This document shows, one piece after another, positions 58,612 through 64,000 of a DNA stretch of 64,000 nucleotides. The position numbers were made by a program, and so were the translations under genes. Position 1 is the stretch's first letter. Each line of letters begins with the position of its first letter. The notes under the pieces are model-generated. The model saw only the letters and a program-made list of their open reading frames with translations. It searched no databases and was not told where the DNA came from. The DNA is from Alphaproteobacteria bacterium. Lineage in GTDB: Bacteria; Pseudomonadota; Alphaproteobacteria; UBA828. The stretch is from positions 384,001 through 448,000 of the forward strand of contig CBDCQT010000010.1 in assembly GCA_965220745.1 (NCBI GenBank), in the 5' to 3' direction.

Positions 58612-59391
58612 ATGACCGACGATGATTTCATGGCCGGGATCGTCGCCGGTAGCCTTGAGGTTCGCCTGGCCCGCTCGCCGGCGGACGTGGACGCCGTTCA
58701 AGCGTTGCGCTACCGCGTCTTCTACGAGGAGATGGCGGCCGACCCGAGCGGCGAGATGGCGGCGCGCGAGCGCGACTTCGACCGCTTCGACACCTATTGC
58801 GACCATCTCATGGTGATCGACCACGACCGCAGCGCCGCCGACAAGGTGGTCGGCACCTACCGCCTGCTCCGGCGCTCGGTGGCGGACGCTCACGGCGGCT
58901 TCTACTCGTCATGGGAGTACGACATCGACACCATCGTCGCTCACCCCGGCGAGATCCTGGAGCTTGGCCGCTCCTGCGTCGACCCCGCCTACCGCAACGG
59001 CACCACCATGACCTTGCTCTGGCGGGGCAATGCGGCCTATGTGCTGCACTACGAGGTTCCGATCATGTTCGGCTGCGCCAGCTTTCCGGGCACCGACCCG
59101 CAGGAGCACGCCGAGCCGCTTTCCTACCTCTACCACAACTACCTTGCGCCGCCGACGCTCCGCCCGCGCGCCAGGGACGAGCACTACGTGAACATGGACC
59201 TGATCCCCAAGGAGGCACTGGACAGGCGGGCCGCGCTCAAGGCCGTGCCGCCGCTAATCAAGGGCTATCTCAGGCTCAACGGCTTTGTCGGCGACGGTGG
59301 GGTGATCGACTGGCAATGGGGCAGCGTCGATGTCAGCATCGTCGTCAAGACCGACCTCGTGACCCAACGCTACCGGGACAAGCTCACATGA
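58612..59391 (+). CDS. olsB: Ornithine N-acyltransferase (GNAT, OlsB)
   Basis: LRYRVFYEEM, DRFDTYCDHL, VGTYRL, ELGRSCV, FGCASF, PPLIKGYLR; upstream of an acyltransferase. Confidence 0.82.
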   Translation: MTDDDFMAGIVAGSLEVRLARSPADVDAVQALRYRVFYEEMAADPSGEMAARERDFDRFDTYCDHLMVIDHDRSAADKVVGTYRLLRRSVADAHGGFYSSWEYDIDTIVAHPGEILELGRSCVDPAYRNGTTMTLLWRGNAAYVLHYEVPIMFGCASFPGTDPQEHAEPLSYLYHNYLAPPTLRPRARDEHYVNMDLIPKEALDRRAALKAVPPLIKGYLRLNGFVGDGGVIDWQWGSVDVSIVVKTDLVTQRYRDKLT

Positions 59392-60197
59392 TCGCGTTCG
59401 TGGTGTTGCTTCGCTTCTTCGGATGGACCATCAGTCTGGTCCCGTTTCAAGTGGTGCTCATGGCGATCCGGGCGCCGCTCGCCAAGCGGCTCCCCATGGT
59501 CTGGCACCGCGGCGTGTGTCGCATCTTCGGCTTCAGGATCGAGCGGTACGGCACGGCGTCGCGGACCGTGCCCACCCTCTTCGTCTGCAATCACACCTCT
59601 TATCTCGACATCAGCGCGCTGGGCGCCGTGGTGCCGGGGAGCTTCGTCGCCAAAGCCGAGGTGCGGAGCTGGCCCTTGTTCGGCTTCCTCGCCAAATTGC
59701 AGCGGACCGTGTTCGTGGAGCGCCGCGCGTCGCGGACCGCCCATCACCGCGACAATATGACCGCCCGGCTCGAGGCCGGCGACAACCTGATCCTTTTCCC
59801 GGAGGGCACCAGCAACGACGGCAACCGCGTGCTGCCGTTCAAGAGCGCCTTCTTCGGCATTGCCGAGAAGCCGGTCAGGGGCAAACCGCTCACGGTACAG
59901 CCGGTCTCGATCGCCTACACGCGGCTGAACGGAATTCCCATGGGGCGGCCCTACCGGCCGTTCTACGCCTGGTACGGCGACATGGAGCTCGCGAGCCATC
60001 TCTGGAACGTGGCCGGTCTCGGCAATGCCACGATCGCAATTCAGTTCCACGAGCCCGTGACCATCGAGCAGTTCCGCTCCCGCAAGGAGATGGCCGAAGC
60101 CTGCCAGGCCGCGATCGCCGATGGGGTCTCCCGCGCGATCAGCGGCAAACTCACCCCGCCGATCAGAAAACGTTTCTGGGCCCCGCGACCCGCCTAA
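59388..60197 (+). CDS. olsA: Lyso-ornithine lipid / lysophospholipid acyltransferase (OlsA)
   Basis: NHTSYLD, FVAKAEV, FPEGTS, WYGDM; ATG overlaps the olsB stop. Confidence 0.8.
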   Translation: MIAFVVLLRFFGWTISLVPFQVVLMAIRAPLAKRLPMVWHRGVCRIFGFRIERYGTASRTVPTLFVCNHTSYLDISALGAVVPGSFVAKAEVRSWPLFGFLAKLQRTVFVERRASRTAHHRDNMTARLEAGDNLILFPEGTSNDGNRVLPFKSAFFGIAEKPVRGKPLTVQPVSIAYTRLNGIPMGRPYRPFYAWYGDMELASHLWNVAGLGNATIAIQFHEPVTIEQFRSRKEMAEACQAAIADGVSRAISGKLTPPIRKRFWAPRPA

Positions 60198-60271
60198 CAT
60201 GCTTCCGCCGGCAGATCGCCCGGACGCAAGGCCTCGATGGTCGCCGCTGCCTCGCCGGGACGCTCACGCAT
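60194..60271 (-). pseudogene. Possible truncated rimI (N-terminal 25 codons)
   Basis: ATG overlaps the tsaB end; reads MRERPGEAAATIEALRPGDLPAEAC*, resembling a GNAT beta1-alpha1 start, then collides with the olsA stop. Confidence 0.35.
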
Positions 60272-60986
60272 GCGGCGGTCCCCCTGCAGCCGGCCGCGTA
60301 CGCGGCCGCGCTCCCGCCTCCCGCAGATAGAGCGGCCGCACGGCGTTGCCTTCACCGCCTCCCGTTTCGGTGCGGGTAGCGGCACGGCGCACCAGCACAC
60401 GGGCATCGGGCGTGGGCGAGCCGGTCGCCGGGAGCGCGTCGATCGTCGGCGCGAGCGCCGTGAGCGCCGCGTCTTGCCCGGTCCCCACCACGATAACCGG
60501 CTCTCCGTTCTCTGCCGCCGCCACAAGGCCGGGCAATGCCTCGACGTGAAGGGCTTGGGGCTCAGAAAGCACGTCCAGCGAGCGGTCGAAGAGTTGGGCG
60601 TAGAGCCGCCCCCGCCCTGCGTCGAGCGCGGCGAGGATGGGCCCGGCGCGCTCCGCTTCGGGAACGCCGGCGGCGAGAACTTCGAGCGTCGAAAGGCCGA
60701 TCAAGGGCCGCTTCAGGGCGAGGGCGAGGCCGCGAGCGGTCGCAAGGCCAATTCGGATGCCGGTGAACGATCCGGGGCCGATCGTGACCGCGAACCGGTC
60801 CACCGCCGCGAGCGTCGTGTTCCCTTCGGCCGCGACCTCGCGCAGCATGGGGACGAGTGTTTCGGCGTGCCGTCCCCCGGCCTCGACGCGCCTGTGGGCG
60901 ATCACCTCCCCACCCGCCCAGAGCGCGGCGGAGCAGGCCGTCGTCGCCGTGTCGAACCCGAGCAGCGTCAATCCGTCCGAGGTCAT
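60264..60986 (-). CDS. tsaB: t6A biosynthesis protein TsaB
   Basis: LGFDTATTACSAAL, HAETLVPM, GPGSFTGIRIG, LDA, PLYLR. Confidence 0.93.
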   Translation of the reverse strand: MTSDGLTLLGFDTATTACSAALWAGGEVIAHRRVEAGGRHAETLVPMLREVAAEGNTTLAAVDRFAVTIGPGSFTGIRIGLATARGLALALKRPLIGLSTLEVLAAGVPEAERAGPILAALDAGRGRLYAQLFDRSLDVLSEPQALHVEALPGLVAAAENGEPVIVVGTGQDAALTALAPTIDALPATGSPTPDARVLVRRAATRTETGGGEGNAVRPLYLREAGARPRTRPAAGGPPHA

Positions 60987-61118
60987 AAGCCGATCGCTGC
61001 CATCCCTTTGCTCGCGGCGGCTCTAGCACCCGTCCGGCCGTACCCGCAACCATGCAACGCCGGGCATGCCGGTGCTATTGTTGTTGCCCCTGCCCACGTC
61101 CGCGACACCCTGGGGTTC

Positions 61119-61682
61119 ATGACCGACCTGGTCGAGATCGCACCGCCGCGCTTCGACGTATCGCTGGCGCTCGCCTACGCCACCAACGACAACGTCACCG
61201 GCCACCCCATCTACCGCCGGGCGGCATGCTACCTTCACTGCGACGCCGCGGCGCTGTTGGAACGCGCCATCGGTCTCGCCGGCACCCAGGGTCTGAAACT
61301 GATCGTTTTCGACGGCTATCGGCCGGTGGAGGCGCAATGGGCGCTCTGGCGGCAGTGTCCGGACCCGACCTTCCTCGCGGACCCGCGGCGCGGATCGCCG
61401 CATTCGCGGGGCGTCGCGGTCGATCTCAGCCTCGCGGACCGGGAGACCGGGGTGCCGCTCGACATGGGCACCGGTTTCGACGACCTGACGCCACGCGCGT
61501 TCCACGGCAGCACCACGCCGACGCCGGCGGCCCAGCGCAACCGTATGCTGCTTCTTGGCCTGATGGCGTCGGCCGGCTGGGATCACTATCTCAACGAATG
61601 GTGGCACTATCAGATGTTCACACCCCGCCGTTATCCCTTGCTCTGGGACTCCGCCGCCGGCACCGGATTGATGGCCTCATGA
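61119..61682 (+). CDS. ddpX: D-alanyl-D-alanine dipeptidase (VanX/DdpX family)
   Basis: YAT.DN.TG..IY, DGYRP, SPHSRGVAVD, DMGTGFD, EWWHY. Confidence 0.9.
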   Translation: MTDLVEIAPPRFDVSLALAYATNDNVTGHPIYRRAACYLHCDAAALLERAIGLAGTQGLKLIVFDGYRPVEAQWALWRQCPDPTFLADPRRGSPHSRGVAVDLSLADRETGVPLDMGTGFDDLTPRAFHGSTTPTPAAQRNRMLLLGLMASAGWDHYLNEWWHYQMFTPRRYPLLWDSAAGTGLMAS

Positions 61683-62707
61683 ACTTCCGCCGGCTCCTCC
61701 GCACCATATGCATCGGCTGCGCAATGACCGCCACGATTGCGGCCGGCATCGGGCCGGCAGTCGCCGCAGATTCGGCCGTCATCCTGCAATACCACCGCTT
61801 CGGCGAGGACTCGTACCCGTCGACGAGCGTCACCATCGAGCAGTTCGAGGCGCACATCGAGCACCTTTCGACCGGCGGTTACACCGTGCTTCCGGTTCCA
61901 GAGATTCTTGCCGCGCTTGACGCCGACCGGTCTCTGCCGGAGCGCACCATCGGCATCACCGTCGATGATGCAACGCGTTCGACCTTCGTGGAGGCGTGGC
62001 CCCGACTGCAAAAGGCAGGCTTTCCCTTCACTGTGTTCGTCTCCACCGATCCGGTCGACCAGGGCCACGCGAGCATCATGAGCTGGGACGAGCTCCGCGA
62101 GCTGGTCGCGGCCGGCGTGACCATCGGCAATCACGGCGCCGCGCACGGACGCATGTGGCAGAACGACGACGCTGCAAACAGAGAAGACCTTGAGAAGGCA
62201 CGCCAACGAATTCAGGAGGAGCTCGGCATAGACGCCGCGCTCTTCGCCTACCCCTACGGCGAATGGAACGGCGCCCTGCGAACGCTCGTCGCGGAGTTGG
62301 GCTTCGCCGCGGCCTTCGGCCAACACTCCGGCGCCGTCGGAGCGCATTCGGACACGCTCAACTTGCCGCGCTTTGCGCTAAATCAGCGCTACGGCGAGTT
62401 CGACCGCTTCAAGCTGATCGTGGACACCCTGTCGCTTGGCGCCCGCGACGTGACGCCGGCAGATCATATCTTGGAGCAGAACCCGCCGGTGATCGGCTTT
62501 ACGATCGAGCCGCCGCTGGCAAACCGCAACAGTCTCGCTTGCTTTGCGTCGGGCGGCGTCGTTGCCACCATCGAGCACGAGGAAGGTGGACGCGTGCAGG
62601 TCAACTTTGACGGGCCGTTCCCGCCCGGCCGGGCCCGGCTCAACTGTACTGCTCCCGCCGGAGACGGGCGCTGGCGCTGGTTCGGCCTGCAGTTCGTTGT
62701 GCCTTGA
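61679..62707 (+). CDS. Exported polysaccharide deacetylase
   Basis: Signal peptide; ILQYHRFG, ITVDD, GNH..AH, FAYPYGE, LPRF. Confidence 0.88.
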   Translation: MNFRRLLRTICIGCAMTATIAAGIGPAVAADSAVILQYHRFGEDSYPSTSVTIEQFEAHIEHLSTGGYTVLPVPEILAALDADRSLPERTIGITVDDATRSTFVEAWPRLQKAGFPFTVFVSTDPVDQGHASIMSWDELRELVAAGVTIGNHGAAHGRMWQNDDAANREDLEKARQRIQEELGIDAALFAYPYGEWNGALRTLVAELGFAAAFGQHSGAVGAHSDTLNLPRFALNQRYGEFDRFKLIVDTLSLGARDVTPADHILEQNPPVIGFTIEPPLANRNSLACFASGGVVATIEHEEGGRVQVNFDGPFPPGRARLNCTAPAGDGRWRWFGLQFVVP

Positions 62708-62756
62708 TGGCGCGACCGGCGGTTCCCGCTAACCGCCTGCGCACGCAGCCGACTGA

Positions 62757-64000
62757 TCAGATGGGCGGACGCCTGCTCGGCGGGCCAATCACCGTCGTCC
62801 ACTGGCGGTTGTACAACCACGCCCGGTCGAAGTCGCCGAGCCGGTTCTGCCGAATGATCCGGCGGATGCTCTCTACGTAAGCCCCGCGTCGCTCTGAATA
62901 GGTCCGCAACTCGCCGGCCAGAGTGTAGCCGCTAATTTGGCCACCATCCCGGCGTAGCTGAGCCCGCCGGCGGCGGAAGTCATCATAGGCCCAATGGCTG
63001 TTGAGGTTGTGGACATAGGCGCGCACCGCCGCGAGCAGATTGTCATGGCTGCGCACGCGATGCCGCCTGTCCGCGTCGCGCCGCGCGGGCAGGATGCCGG
63101 ACTTGGACTTGTAGGTGTATTGACCGAAGAGCGCGTTGCCCTGCCGCGCGAAGCGGGAGGTACCCCACCCCGACTCTTCCGCCGCCTGTGCCAGCGCCAG
63201 CGAGGGCGGCACCACATCCATCCGGTTCAGAAGCTCCCGCACGTCGAGTGGGTCCGTTCCGTAGAGATCGGCCATTGTGGCGAGCCATTCCCGGTCGGCA
63301 GGTGAAAGCGTGTCGGCAGGTGAAAGCGTGTCGGCAGGTGAGGGCGTGTCGGCCCGCGTGAACTTGTCCGCCAGTCGCTGCAGCCGCCAGCGGTCGACGG
63401 TGATCTCCTCGTTGACCTGGAGAATGATCGGGAGGACCGCCTGGAAGAAAAGCCGCTTCTTTGCACTGATCGGCGACATGCCGGCGAGATCGCGCGGGAG
63501 CGCATCGAGATAGAAGCGCGGCACGGGGCTGGCCGCCCTCCGCACCTGGTCGAGGTCGTAGCCGATCGACTCGAAGCGCGCGATGACGGCGTTGGCCGAA
63601 GTGCCCCTCATTGGAGGCTTGAGCACGACCGACGGTATCGCGTCGCTCGTGCCGGTATGTGCCAGCTTGCGCGGCTTCGACACCAGCGGGGGTAGCGGCG
63701 GCGGATCTTCAGCCTGCAGCGTCCCGAGCCGCATGATCGTCGGCGCGTAGCGGGGCGACGCGGTGATCGGCCGATCCGGCACAACCGCTGTCACTTGCCA
63801 CGCGGCTTCCCGCGGATCACCGGGAGGAACGAGTGCCAGTGAAAGAAGCCGGTCAACCACTGCGAGCGGGAGGATGTCCTGGGGTGCAGCCTCCGACAGA
63901 GAGAAGACCAAATTGAAGCGGTCGAGCACGGACGGTGAATCGGCTACGGGTGCGGGCGCTTCCGCCACGGCATCGGTCATCGACACTGGCCCGGCGGCGA
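62757..64000 (-). CDS. Bax-like glucosaminidase-domain protein (5' end probably outside the window)
   Basis: KKRLFF, VPPSLALAQAAEESGWGTSRFA..GNALFG, NLNSH.AY, YSER; the frame is open to the window edge. Confidence 0.85.
   Translation of the reverse strand, partial: AAGPVSMTDAVAEAPAPVADSPSVLDRFNLVFSLSEAAPQDILPLAVVDRLLSLALVPPGDPREAAWQVTAVVPDRPITASPRYAPTIMRLGTLQAEDPPPLPPLVSKPRKLAHTGTSDAIPSVVLKPPMRGTSANAVIARFESIGYDLDQVRRAASPVPRFYLDALPRDLAGMSPISAKKRLFFQAVLPIILQVNEEITVDRWRLQRLADKFTRADTPSPADTLSPADTLSPADREWLATMADLYGTDPLDVRELLNRMDVVPPSLALAQAAEESGWGTSRFARQGNALFGQYTYKSKSGILPARRDADRRHRVRSHDNLLAAVRAYVHNLNSHWAYDDFRRRRAQLRRDGGQISGYTLAGELRTYSERRGAYVESIRRIIRQNRLGDFDRAWLYNRQWTTVIGPPSRRPPI
63294..63353. repeat. 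18-bp in-frame tandem repeat (about 3.3 copies)
   Basis: GTCGGCAGGTGAAAGCGT x2, GTCGGCAGGTGAGGGCGT, GTCGGC; encodes ADTPSP-ADTLSP-ADTLSP-AD. Confidence 0.9.

Overview
High-GC (roughly 70% by eye) alphaproteobacterial chromosome segment, Rhodospirillales-like by gene order (metK-trmB-rimP-nusA-ylxR-infB-rbfA-truB-rpsO-pnp; popZ-valS; fur-olsB-olsA; tsaB). Two housekeeping blocks (about 1-14 kb and 51.8-64 kb) flank a ~37 kb accessory region of catabolic enzymes and ABC importers (hydantoinase/allantoinase/carbamoylase-like, LLM, Rieske, enolase-superfamily, CoA-transferase) plus a HicAB pair. The most unusual part is 14.9-20.7 kb. It holds a solitary phage-Mu gp27 (DUF3486, small-terminase-like) gene whose 3' end carries a 10-bp-phased repeat array, a REP-bounded GIY-YIG mini-element whose left REP loop was hit by an IS4-family element (9-bp TSD), and four copies of a ~100-bp hairpin-rich element without terminal inverted repeats, one nested in the loop of a second palindrome family. 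Other observations: a 34-bp-TIR MITE, an exact CtrA-type box, an SDR gene that appears to start at ACG, and a probable rimI stub at a rearrangement junction. No rRNA, tRNA or CRISPR array was seen. All product calls come from motif recognition, not database searches.
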